A stretch of DNA of 25,144 bases from a virus (IMGVR_UViG_3300037851_000085:1-25144); one strand, 5' to 3'. Positions 15,732 to 25,143 are shown, counted from the stretch's first letter. Made by a program: numbers and translations. The notes: generated from the sequence alone by a model not told the origin.

Positions 15732-16935
15732 TGAGCTAGAATCGCCTAAATCATTTTGGATGTGGTCAGGTCTAGCAGCGATATCAGCGGTAATAAAAGA
15801 TAACGTTTGGCTGAATCGCGCGGGCGCTTATAAACTATATCCAAACATTTACGTGATTCTTCATGCTGACTCTGGATTGAAAAAGGGTCCACCGATATCT
15901 TTAGCTAAAGATTTAGTTAAATCGGTGAATAATACCCGTGTGATATCAGGTCGGTCTTCGATTCAGGGTATTCTGAAAAAACTAGGAACTGCATATACAG
16001 TTCCAGGGGGTAAGGTAATCAATAAATCTGTCGGTTTTGTTTGTGCTTCAGAACTATCTTCTGCACTAGTAGAAGACATGGCAGCATTAACTATTCTGAC
16101 TGATTTATATGATAGGCAATACAATGAAGGTGAATGGGAATCTCTCCTTAAGATGGAGAACTTCCAGTTAAAAGACCCTACCGTGTCTTTACTAGGTGGA
16201 ATCAATGACGCCCACGCGGAAGTGTTCTTCGGTAAAAAAGATATTCAGGGCGGATTCCTAGCACGAACTTTCATCGTATATGAGAAGGAAGAACAAACTA
16301 TCAATCCGTTAGTTAGACGGATGACTCACACACCAGATAGAGAATCTCTTATCAGGTATTTGAAAGAGGTGGCGCAATTACAAGGTCCACTTAATGAAAT
16401 GGTAGATGATAACAATAATCCTACACCTGTAGGGAAATATTACGAGGAGTGGTATTACGATTTCAAAAAACAAGTTAGACAAATGGGAGTTAAGGATGAG
16501 ACAGGGACTCTCAATAGATTCGGAGATTCAGTCCTTAAGGTCGCAATCCTTCTCTCACTGGCAGAGGAACCTAAATTGGAAATCTCATTATCGGCAATGG
16601 AGAATGCTATAACGATTGGAGAACGATTAATCGGTAATATCAGACAGACTACGATGGGTAAGCGAGGGACTTCAACCTCGGCCCAACTCAAGGCGATGAT
16701 TATTAAGGAGTTACTAGAAAGAGAGAATCACACAGTCAGTCGCGTGGTCTTGATGAAGAAGATGTGGTTACACTATTCCGATAGTAATGAATTTGATAAC
16801 CTAATGCAATCGTTCGATGCAGCACGATTAATCAAAACAGAATCTATCGGTAATCAAATAGTGTATAAGATGCCTGAAGGTCAGGCTAGAGAATTACAAG
16901 AATTCTTGGCAGGAAAGGTGAGAAAAAATGTTTAA
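15694..16935 (+). CDS. DUF3987-type ATPase, putative replicative helicase
   Basis: LYPNIYVILHADSGLKKG (P-loop-like), SELSSAL, LTDLYD, GGFLARTFIV (Arg finger), C-terminal winged-helix-like region. Confidence 0.75.
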   Translation: MKNWLDELVLQHSELESPKSFWMWSGLAAISAVIKDNVWLNRAGAYKLYPNIYVILHADSGLKKGPPISLAKDLVKSVNNTRVISGRSSIQGILKKLGTAYTVPGGKVINKSVGFVCASELSSALVEDMAALTILTDLYDRQYNEGEWESLLKMENFQLKDPTVSLLGGINDAHAEVFFGKKDIQGGFLARTFIVYEKEEQTINPLVRRMTHTPDRESLIRYLKEVAQLQGPLNEMVDDNNNPTPVGKYYEEWYYDFKKQVRQMGVKDETGTLNRFGDSVLKVAILLSLAEEPKLEISLSAMENAITIGERLIGNIRQTTMGKRGTSTSAQLKAMIIKELLERENHTVSRVVLMKKMWLHYSDSNEFDNLMQSFDAARLIKTESIGNQIVYKMPEGQARELQEFLAGKVRKNV

Positions 16936-17010
16936 CCAGTATGACCCGATTGCTAGAATGGCTTCTCCAATGTATACTTGAACCAATTGATTTAGAAGAA
17001 TAAATCAACA

Positions 17011-17097
17011 GCCGGGATGGTGAAACTGGCAAACACATCAGACTTAAAATCTGACGGTCGTAAGACCTTGAGGGTTCGATTCCCTCTCCCGGCACCA
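17011..17097 (+). tRNA. tRNA-Leu, anticodon TAA
   Basis: Acceptor GCCGGGA/TCCCGGC, anticodon arm TCAGA-CTTAAAA-TCTGA, long variable arm GGTC-GTAA-GACC, T loop GGTTCGATTCC, encoded A-CCA end. Confidence 0.96.
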
Positions 17098-17112
17098 TTT
17101 AAGAGACAAAAT

Positions 17113-17445
17113 ATGCCTCGCGTTCCGTTCTTCGTCGAAGCTCTTGATAAGATTAAGAAGATTCACGAAGCGAAGAATAATGACTATGCAGACTCAAATA
17201 ACCCGTTCAGTAATTTTGACTTTACTGAACAGGTTATGAGTATCTTTAAAAATGAAAGAGATAAGACATTCATCTGGCCGATTGCCACTAAGATTGCGAG
17301 GCTATCTACGCTTCTCAATAGTGGCAACCGGCCTCAGAATGAATCAATCGAGGATTCTTTCTTAGATATTGCTACATATATTCTTCTTTGGAGATGCGAT
17401 TATTTGAATCGAATTAATCGTCGGCTTCCTCCTACTGATGAATGA
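17113..17445 (+). CDS. DUF1599 / Nmad1-like all-alpha protein (nucleotide pyrophosphatase-like)
   Basis: AKNNDYA...NF...KIARL...ESIEDSFLDIATY motif set. ATG 17113 lies just after the tRNA. Confidence 0.75.
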   Translation: MPRVPFFVEALDKIKKIHEAKNNDYADSNNPFSNFDFTEQVMSIFKNERDKTFIWPIATKIARLSTLLNSGNRPQNESIEDSFLDIATYILLWRCDYLNRINRRLPPTDE

Positions 17446-20400
17446 ACTCTTGCAAGTCAATTACTTCTTCGGGCATAAATTGCCCACCAGTCCATGAACC
17501 GATAGGATCTTCTTCAGGGAAGAATACTGGCTGCTGTTGGCCCTTCTCGTAGGTTTGTGCCCCCATACCTACCGCAGAAGCCATACCTAATGGTAATGCA
17601 CTTGGGTCATCTCGATAAATCTGAGCTAAGTCTCCAAGAACCATTGGAATATATGCCTGAGCAATTCGGTCTGCGATATGGAACGGTTTGTATTCAGAAG
17701 CAGCTAGTAAGTCAAATCCTAACTTGAGTGTTGGGTGAAGTTTAGAAGTGCCAAAGTCATAGAGTAATTCTTCTCTAGTCTTTGCCTTGAATCCTTCACC
17801 CATTGTTTTCAATTCATTAGTAGTAGATGGAGTATAACCTCCTGAAGCGAATCTAGCAGCAAGAACTAGATACTGTTGAAATCCCCCTGCCACATCCAGT
17901 CGGTTATTTCCTACCTTAATTTTACCAAAGTCAGAGTTAGTTGGGTTAGTGCTAACTTCTGCACCACCCATTTTAGCGAGAGCCATAGACCCTAGCCAGA
18001 AACTTCCTATCGCAATCAGTGATTTTAGATATTGCTGTCGAATCTGTGGGGGCAGAAACATATATGTCCCCGGATTCAACATTCTGATTCGACTAGCCAT
18101 CAGTCGGCCAGAGAAGAATACATCAGAGAATAGTGGCGCGTGGCGTTCTAAGTCTAATGTCTGAGTAGTTTTATTTTTACCATACTGAAACTTATACTTA
18201 GCCCTACCTGTCGCATCATTGACAAATTCAGCTAACTGTCTCGCGTATAGAGGATTAGCTTTCAAGTCAATGCCCATATTCTGAGCATCCTTTACCAGTC
18301 GATTAAACGTGTTTGCACGCAAGTCATTCAAGTATGCAGTGTAAGCACGATTGGACGCGCGGACCATTTTCCCGAACATGGGAATCTGTTCAGCTAAGGA
18401 AGACTTGAGAATTTCCTCGCGCTGACTAATCAAGTCAGTCAGTTCAAGTCCTGCATCTTTAGCTAATCCATTCTTAACGTTCTCAATTTCCATTAATGCA
18501 TTCTTATGAGCTAAGTATGCAGTCTCATTTCCAAATGCTTCGAACATAGGCTTCCATGCCTTAGTCCATTCCCTAGTTCCAATTAATGCTAGTCCTTGAC
18601 GGAATGGTGCAGAGATATCACCTGCTGCGGTCATACCTCGTGCTAGTTCATAGATTTTCCGTCTAGTAGATTCTGGTTGGTTATTTCCTGAAGTAGTTTT
18701 TACTGTGTCTTCAGGTCCAACTCCACTATTTCTAGCGCCTTTAGGATTTTGTCCTTCTCCTTGCGTGAAATTCGATTGTCCGTCATAAGCAACTCCCGTT
18801 CCCAGGAGAGGGTCATCAGTGCTCGCTGGGCGTTTCCTGCTATTCTCATAGATTCGAAGAAGTTTTTGTACTTCTGGGTTAAATTGTCCACTTTTGATAT
18901 CTCCAAAAGGTTTAACTAACATATCCAATATAACATTAGTTTGTTGTCTACCAAGTTTATCTAATAGATCTGCATGACGATATGCAAAACTAGTATCATG
19001 GCCTCCCCCCGGAACATGGGCAAGTTCATGAGTTTGAGTTGCAAATAATCCGGTAGCAATTCTGTCTGTAGGATATGGATCTTTTTGAGCTACTTTTAAT
19101 AATTCAAAAAGATTAATTAGAATCGCAGATTCCTGCCCGGAAGCACTAGGGTTAGGAATATGAATTCCGAATGTTGCAGATTTATTAGCATCAGGTGAGG
19201 CAAATAAAATACCAAATTTCTTTAATTTTGTACTTGGCTTTTTTGCCCAGGGTAAATTTTCTGCAACATTTGATAATAATTGATTAACATTTAGGATTTT
19301 TCTAGTAATATTTACAAATATCGGATTAGTTTGAAGTTCTAATATTTCATCCGGAGTAAATCTTGCACCCTGATCTACGAAACTAACTTCTCCTTCAGGA
19401 TGGGAGTGTATAATAGACATTTCATCATAACTCCTTTGAATTTTATTAGTTTTATTAATTAGGGCATCTTTAACAATATTGTCTTGAACCCATTCTATAA
19501 TTTTAGTTGTAGTAGTATGATTTAACTGTTCTCGATTTGCCGTAAATGGATAATCTTTATGACCCTCCTCTACCAATGACCTGACATCTACAACAATTTC
19601 ATCGGGAGCATTGGGTAAAGATATCCCATAACTATCATGAGTAGTTTTTTGAAACAATCCTTTATTTAAGATTCTTGTAGTATAATCCCCAATTTCTCTA
19701 CCGGGGTTATCGTTAAAGTATATTTTAATTTCTGCTCCAGGGGTAGTAATTACACCTCTTTCAGGCATGTTATTAGTTAAAGAATTATAAGTATATTTAG
19801 AAAGAGAAAATCCAGGATCATTTGGATCATCTAACCAAGTTCTTAAATCGCCATCAATCTGACGATCATAAGATACTACAGATTCAATATTAGAAATATT
19901 TGTGGAGTATCCCGCAATATTTTCTATCATGTCCTTGGCCTGATAGAGACTAGTATGTTCAGGATAGAATGTTGTTACCTCTAATCCTGTAGGAGTATCT
20001 GGGGATACCCGAGTCTTTTGAACATTAACTCCAACAACTTGGTCTTTCCATTCTTTAGGATTGCCTTCAACAGTATATTTGTATCTTATTCCATCAGCTT
20101 CATCTACAATTGAAGTAATTCGAACGTAATCTCCTCCTAAAATAGGAGAAGCCTTAGCAAATCCAAATCCACCTGATGCAGTAGTGCTACCAGCTTTACC
20201 TGTTTCTCCTACATTTGTAAACTCATGAGCCAACTGTTCGTAAGTTAGTCCTCTACCATAGTCCCTTACTGTCATACTAGGGGCTTTTCTGCCTACAATG
20301 GTAGGATGATCAGTTTCTAATGCTCTAATAATTTTAATTGGAGCATTAGTTCCTATAAATCTGTGTTCGTCACTGGCATTCTGGATTAATTCCTTAGTTG

Positions 20401-22267
20401 CGATTACCGGGGGGTCTCCAGAATATAGAGAACTACCTAATACATCAAGAACTCTAGTAGTAGCACCACCCATTGCAATATTAGGAAGTCCTGAAGTTCC
20501 AACTGTAGTTGCTTTCATTTCCTGAGGTTCAGTTAGTTCTTTGAATCTTTGGATTGCAGCTTCTAAAACTTTTTGAGTTCTTTGTGCAGTCCTAGGATTA
20601 GGTAATTCCCATTCAGCATCAAGATTTTCTTTTAATACTCTGATATCTAATGCTAAAGATTCAAGGTCAGTTTCTTGTAAAATTTCAGATATTCTTGAAT
20701 CTGGAATGTCTCCACCCATTTTTTGAATATCTTCAATTGGGGGAGTTCTTACTGGTCTTTTTGGATTAACAAATTTAGGCCCAACAGTGGTGATAGGTGG
20801 AGCAGGTATTTCTGTAGACGTAACAGGTCTGGGAATTTCATCTCGAATTACACCTTCTAGACCAATCTGTCCTTCAAAAGTTAACTCTCCTGTCGGTTTA
20901 ATCAACGGTTTAGGTGGTTGTAAATTAATCGGTGCAGGAGGTTCTGGAGTTACCCCCGCGATTCGAGCAGCGACTTCAGGATTAAATCCCCTCTTAATTA
21001 ACGCCATCTGTGCCATGACTTGCATTTCAGGAGTATTTACCTGCTTTTGAACACGAGGTTCAGTAATAGGATTACCAGCGTAATCAAATCTTTTACCAGT
21101 AGTTAAGTCTATGAACTGTCCGGGACCAATCTGGAAAATTTCATGATTAGTCGGTAAGTCTGGACGAATTCCTTGATTAACTGCGAGGAATGGATCTGGT
21201 TGTGGATTTAATGCACCTTCTTGTCTAGCTAAATTATAGGGTAAAGTTGTATCTGCAATACCCTTATTACCTGCAAGGAATCTAGGCGCAATAGAACTAG
21301 GAATCATATCTCCGGGCGGAGTTGCATTCTCAGGAAGTAGACCTAATGGCGCACTAACTGATGGACCAGCATCCGCGGGGAGTTGTTTAGTTTTAGGTAA
21401 TGTAGTTGCTCTTTGAATATATTCATTCCTGAGAGCTTCATCTAACTGTTGAATTAATGGTTCAATACTATCTCTTGCATTCTTTTTAACTGTATTATCA
21501 ATTACTCTATCAATATTTCGACGTTCTTCTAATCTTAATAATCCTTCTGCTACTAGTTGTGCTTCTGTTTTGGGTTTAGGTGCATAATTCCCTACTTCGG
21601 GCATCCAGTTTTGCATTCCCAAAATGCCTCCTGCGATTTCAGGAATAGCCATATATTTTTTAGCTAAGTCCGGAGTATAACGGTCAAAATTACCAGAAAA
21701 TAATGGGTCCGCAATATCAAATACACTTGCAGGATTTTCAGGATCAAAAATAGTTCCTACTCCATGAATAATTTGAGGAGCAGATAATGCTTTTGTTGCT
21801 ATGGTGGCACGTTGTCCACTTTTAGCAACACCTGCCATAGCCTTACTCATTTCTTCAACAGTTTTACCTGTTTCTTGTAATGCTTTATATCCACGATGTA
21901 ATTGTTTTGCAGTTTGAGCAGTTCTTGCACCAGATAAAGTTAAAGCAGCACTCAGTGGACTAGTGAAACTACTAGCAACTTCACCTAGTCCTTGATATGA
22001 ACCGTATCCTAATCCCTTAAAAAATCCAGTCCAGTAGTCATCACTAGTATCTTTATTAGCCCATTCTTGAGCTTTCCTCGCGCCATGTTCAGCAGGTGCA
22101 GTTAATAGTGGTTTATTAGCCCAATTCCATGCTTTTTTAAGCACAGAGTCCCCGGAATCTCCAGTCTCCTCAGCAAATGGAGAATCAGGCTCATCAGGAA
22201 TAAATCCTGGTGGGTCAGGAATAAATCCTGGAGGATCTTTAGGCGCCATTAGCCAATCCTTTCCCAA
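17432..22267 (-). CDS. Large putative internal virion/ejection protein with GHKL (Hsp90-like) ATPase and HExxH metallopeptidase module
   Basis: N-terminal DPPGFIP x2 and Gly/Ala-rich helices; KELIQNASD, VRDYGRG, GGFGFAK, TGLEV (GHKL boxes); THELAH..GGGHD; helical C-terminal domain. Last and largest of three consecutive ejection-like genes. Confidence 0.85.
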   Translation of the reverse strand: MGKDWLMAPKDPPGFIPDPPGFIPDEPDSPFAEETGDSGDSVLKKAWNWANKPLLTAPAEHGARKAQEWANKDTSDDYWTGFFKGLGYGSYQGLGEVASSFTSPLSAALTLSGARTAQTAKQLHRGYKALQETGKTVEEMSKAMAGVAKSGQRATIATKALSAPQIIHGVGTIFDPENPASVFDIADPLFSGNFDRYTPDLAKKYMAIPEIAGGILGMQNWMPEVGNYAPKPKTEAQLVAEGLLRLEERRNIDRVIDNTVKKNARDSIEPLIQQLDEALRNEYIQRATTLPKTKQLPADAGPSVSAPLGLLPENATPPGDMIPSSIAPRFLAGNKGIADTTLPYNLARQEGALNPQPDPFLAVNQGIRPDLPTNHEIFQIGPGQFIDLTTGKRFDYAGNPITEPRVQKQVNTPEMQVMAQMALIKRGFNPEVAARIAGVTPEPPAPINLQPPKPLIKPTGELTFEGQIGLEGVIRDEIPRPVTSTEIPAPPITTVGPKFVNPKRPVRTPPIEDIQKMGGDIPDSRISEILQETDLESLALDIRVLKENLDAEWELPNPRTAQRTQKVLEAAIQRFKELTEPQEMKATTVGTSGLPNIAMGGATTRVLDVLGSSLYSGDPPVIATKELIQNASDEHRFIGTNAPIKIIRALETDHPTIVGRKAPSMTVRDYGRGLTYEQLAHEFTNVGETGKAGSTTASGGFGFAKASPILGGDYVRITSIVDEADGIRYKYTVEGNPKEWKDQVVGVNVQKTRVSPDTPTGLEVTTFYPEHTSLYQAKDMIENIAGYSTNISNIESVVSYDRQIDGDLRTWLDDPNDPGFSLSKYTYNSLTNNMPERGVITTPGAEIKIYFNDNPGREIGDYTTRILNKGLFQKTTHDSYGISLPNAPDEIVVDVRSLVEEGHKDYPFTANREQLNHTTTTKIIEWVQDNIVKDALINKTNKIQRSYDEMSIIHSHPEGEVSFVDQGARFTPDEILELQTNPIFVNITRKILNVNQLLSNVAENLPWAKKPSTKLKKFGILFASPDANKSATFGIHIPNPSASGQESAILINLFELLKVAQKDPYPTDRIATGLFATQTHELAHVPGGGHDTSFAYRHADLLDKLGRQQTNVILDMLVKPFGDIKSGQFNPEVQKLLRIYENSRKRPASTDDPLLGTGVAYDGQSNFTQGEGQNPKGARNSGVGPEDTVKTTSGNNQPESTRRKIYELARGMTAAGDISAPFRQGLALIGTREWTKAWKPMFEAFGNETAYLAHKNALMEIENVKNGLAKDAGLELTDLISQREEILKSSLAEQIPMFGKMVRASNRAYTAYLNDLRANTFNRLVKDAQNMGIDLKANPLYARQLAEFVNDATGRAKYKFQYGKNKTTQTLDLERHAPLFSDVFFSGRLMASRIRMLNPGTYMFLPPQIRQQYLKSLIAIGSFWLGSMALAKMGGAEVSTNPTNSDFGKIKVGNNRLDVAGGFQQYLVLAARFASGGYTPSTTNELKTMGEGFKAKTREELLYDFGTSKLHPTLKLGFDLLAASEYKPFHIADRIAQAYIPMVLGDLAQIYRDDPSALPLGMASAVGMGAQTYEKGQQQPVFFPEEDPIGSWTGGQFMPEEVIDLQEFIHQ

Positions 22268-23511
22268 CCTTCAGGAATAGGTTGATTAGCAGGGAGTTGA
22301 CCAGTTCGTCCATCTTGCTTATTACGAATTCTGATATAACCCTGTCTAGTGGGTTGAGGTCTATTATCGGATTTCGGAGCAGCTCCAATAGTAGGTTCTC
22401 TCTTACCATAAATGGCTTCTTGTAAATTTTGCCAATTCTGTTTAGATTCAGGACTAGCACCCGGACCTGGAGGTTTCAATTCAAATGAACCATTCTCAGG
22501 CTTACGCCTAAAGTATTTTCTTATTTGTGGATAACGCTGCCAAATTTCATTAGCTTTATTATACTGGTCAGTTCTTTGCTGAGTGGGAAGCATTCCTGCT
22601 TCACCACTATCTCTACCAACTTCTTTACTTCCCGCAGGGGGAGGTGGAATTTTTCTATCACGTGGATTCCCCACAACAGGTGGAGCATTGGGATCTGGTG
22701 GTTGATAGTATCCACTACCATAGACTAATGCACGATCATATGCAGCAGTATTATTAATACCTGCAAGTCGTTCTCTATTAGTGGCTCTAAGTGCCTCTAA
22801 ATCAGCATCACTTAAATGAATGGATTTAATACCAGTATTGAATCTCCTATTTGGATCTTTAGTATCAATTGCCCAAAGATATCCATCAGCACTAGACTGA
22901 ATATCATAATCAGGCATCATGGACTTTAATTCATAAATCTTAGTTCTAGCTTTTGCATTTTCATCCTGATTACGCCAGTGTTCTGACTGAGCTTCAAGAC
23001 GTTCATCTCGAATTCCAATACTACCTAACTGAGTGGCCAGCATTCTTTGATTGGAATTGTCTTGATTTTCATCTCTTGCGAGAGCCTGTAGCGGACCTAA
23101 TTGTTCTTTCCAGTCTCCTAACTGATCATTAAATCTTGCATCTAATACTGCATCTGCACCTTGAGGACCATAACCTAGTCCTACAATAGATGCACCTAAT
23201 TTACGCCAGAATCCCGGCTTCTCTCTTTGAGGATATTGTCCTAAATGTTCTTCTAACCTCTGAGAATATTCATTCTTAGGCTGATACATAGCCATGATTC
23301 TGTCGAACACACTCTGAGGCGAAGCCTGACCGCGAGGATCTTCTGCAATTTGGGGACTGATATTAAAATCCGGTGGAGTTAAATTTCCGAATCCTTCCTG
23401 AACATTAGGATTCAAGAAATCAACAGGAGGTAGCTGCTGCTGTTGACCAATCATCTGGTCAGGAGCAAACAGATTCTTCATCCTCAGATTGAAATACGGA
23501 TTAATTGCCAT
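22249..23511 (-). CDS. Putative internal virion/ejection protein
   Basis: Probable start MAINPYF at 23511, 1 nt after the upstream stop. Gln/Pro-rich, KPGFWRKLGASIVGLG amphipathic motif, C-terminus IPEGWERIG, no Cys. Confidence 0.7.
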   Translation of the reverse strand: MAINPYFNLRMKNLFAPDQMIGQQQQLPPVDFLNPNVQEGFGNLTPPDFNISPQIAEDPRGQASPQSVFDRIMAMYQPKNEYSQRLEEHLGQYPQREKPGFWRKLGASIVGLGYGPQGADAVLDARFNDQLGDWKEQLGPLQALARDENQDNSNQRMLATQLGSIGIRDERLEAQSEHWRNQDENAKARTKIYELKSMMPDYDIQSSADGYLWAIDTKDPNRRFNTGIKSIHLSDADLEALRATNRERLAGINNTAAYDRALVYGSGYYQPPDPNAPPVVGNPRDRKIPPPPAGSKEVGRDSGEAGMLPTQQRTDQYNKANEIWQRYPQIRKYFRRKPENGSFELKPPGPGASPESKQNWQNLQEAIYGKREPTIGAAPKSDNRPQPTRQGYIRIRNKQDGRTGQLPANQPIPEGWERIG

Positions 23512-23512
23512 T

Positions 23513-24610
23513 TTAAACCCAAGGATAAATTGCACCACCAACGGTTTGGCCTGCGGCACCAAGTCCAGCAATATTTTTCATTGCTTGCATCCAGTTACCT
23601 GGAATTTGAGCTTGTCCCTGTTGGGCTCCAATAAGTCCTAATGATAATGCATTCTGCAATCCGGCAGCTTGTAACTGTTGGCCCTGAGATTGTAACATTT
23701 GATTACCAAACATATTAGCCATACCAGGAGTAGCACCATACATACTGGTCATACCTCCCATACCAAATCGCTTACCCTGATTAGTCATTTCAGCAATTTG
23801 GGCTTCAATATTAGTAGAGGCATCAGAAGCAGTTTGAGACTGTTCCCTCGCCAATCGACTCATCGCAGCGTTATAACCGGGACTGTATCCGCCCTGTAAA
23901 GAACGGTTACGGTCCATTCCCTGACGTGCGGAGTCATAAATAGAACGAATAGGTGCAACACCACGCGCTCGAATATTCGATAAATCTTCAGGACTGTATC
24001 CACCAGTATCAGCCCACTTCTGATACTGATTCATTAAGTTAGAATAGTCTCCTAATGCCCCCTGCATAATACCATTGCCGTATCCCTGACCGGGAGCACC
24101 GTTAGTAGCGTCTAACCATTGGAATCCTTGCCCACCTCGCATTGCACCCTGAATGACATCAACAATTCTACCATCAGGTAATTGGACCTTACCTGCAACT
24201 CCCGCAGCATTACGAAGAACTTTAATACCCTGTTCCCCTAATTTACCTTCCATTGCAATTAGTTCATCAGGAGTTCTGGGAGTTCCGAACTGCTGACTAA
24301 AAGATTGTTCATTCCAGTTTTGTCCTCCTCCGCCACCATATCCAGTAGAATATGGCTGTCCCATTCCTCGCGTTGGAGTATCAGTTCCATTACCCTTGTA
24401 ATAGGGACTACCTGTAGGACTGTAATGAGGGACAGTAGAACCATAACCAAAGGTGCTACCATACTGGGGTTGATTAGACCCAAAGTAGGCATTATTTAAC
24501 GCACCAGTTTGATTACCTAATCCTTGCTGAACACCAGTAAGATATCCTTGAGACATCTTCTGTTGTTCATTTAACTTATTTTGCCCACGTTTCTGATCGC
24601 CTTTTGCCAT
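23513..24610 (-). CDS. Gly/Gln-rich putative pilot/ejection protein
   Basis: 365 aa, G/Q/M-rich, no Cys, C-terminal IAGLGAAGQTVGGA; GGAGGAGG RBS. Confidence 0.72.
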   Translation of the reverse strand: MAKGDQKRGQNKLNEQQKMSQGYLTGVQQGLGNQTGALNNAYFGSNQPQYGSTFGYGSTVPHYSPTGSPYYKGNGTDTPTRGMGQPYSTGYGGGGGQNWNEQSFSQQFGTPRTPDELIAMEGKLGEQGIKVLRNAAGVAGKVQLPDGRIVDVIQGAMRGGQGFQWLDATNGAPGQGYGNGIMQGALGDYSNLMNQYQKWADTGGYSPEDLSNIRARGVAPIRSIYDSARQGMDRNRSLQGGYSPGYNAAMSRLAREQSQTASDASTNIEAQIAEMTNQGKRFGMGGMTSMYGATPGMANMFGNQMLQSQGQQLQAAGLQNALSLGLIGAQQGQAQIPGNWMQAMKNIAGLGAAGQTVGGAIYPWV

Positions 24611-25067
24611 TATCCTCCTCCCAAACCAGTGTAAACACTGGACTACTCAGAAACATCCCAGGAGAGATATCTCCCGGACAGAAATGCGAAGCAAATGCTA
24701 AGAATTTACTAGCGAAATAATAACAAGTAGCTGCTTCAGAACAGAACAGTTTATTAATATTCCACTTGCCTAAACGGAAAAATCTAAGTAATCCCCACCA
24801 ATCATACTTCCTACCCCTAACAGTTTCTGCCCAGGAATTACCAAGATTTAAATCAATATATCCAGTGGGTCGGAGAACATACACTAAGTTTTTATCTTTA
24901 AATTCATAAACATTCACACCTTCACTACGGCTCGCAAATGCTTTACCACCTCCTAGATACACCTCAACATGAGATACATCTGACCACGTTTTAAGGCGAA
25001 TAAACCATCCGAATGGGCCATGAGAACTATAAAGTAAACAGTCTCCTGGCTTAAGATTTAGTTCCAT
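24576..25067 (-). CDS. Permuted papain-like amidase (NlpC/P60 permuted, YaeF/YiiX-like)
   Basis: LKPGDCLL, SHVEVYLG (His before Cys), YDW, LFCSE, ISPG. ATG 25067 is the likely start. Confidence 0.85.
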   Translation of the reverse strand: MELNLKPGDCLLYSSHGPFGWFIRLKTWSDVSHVEVYLGGGKAFASRSEGVNVYEFKDKNLVYVLRPTGYIDLNLGNSWAETVRGRKYDWWGLLRFFRLGKWNINKLFCSEAATCYYFASKFLAFASHFCPGDISPGMFLSSPVFTLVWEEDNGKRRSETWAK

Positions 25068-25143
25068 CTTTCTTATCCTTAATAGAGTGGATAATTGAAA
25101 TAATTTGGGGGGCATTTTCAGCAATAACCTTTAAAACTTGCCA
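25051..25143 (-). CDS. Possible 3' end of an upstream gene (partial)
   Basis: Open frame ...WQVLKVIAENAPQIISIIHSIKDKKDGTKS* overlaps the amidase start by 17 nt. Confidence 0.35.
   Translation of the reverse strand, partial: WQVLKVIAENAPQIISIIHSIKDKKDGTKS

Noticed and set aside
17017-17112. N-terminal extension of the 142-aa ORF, and antisense ORF 16886..17098
   Set aside because: Both overlap the tRNA-Leu; the real CDS most likely starts at 17113.
22195-22236. 21-bp direct repeat as a regulatory or att site
   Set aside because: Encodes the DPPGFIP peptide duplication at the protein N-terminus.
17949-24499. Short ORFs nested in or antisense to the ejection genes (and similar ones within the helicase and polymerase)
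   Set aside because: No RBS or recognisable motifs, and fully contained in long well-supported genes.
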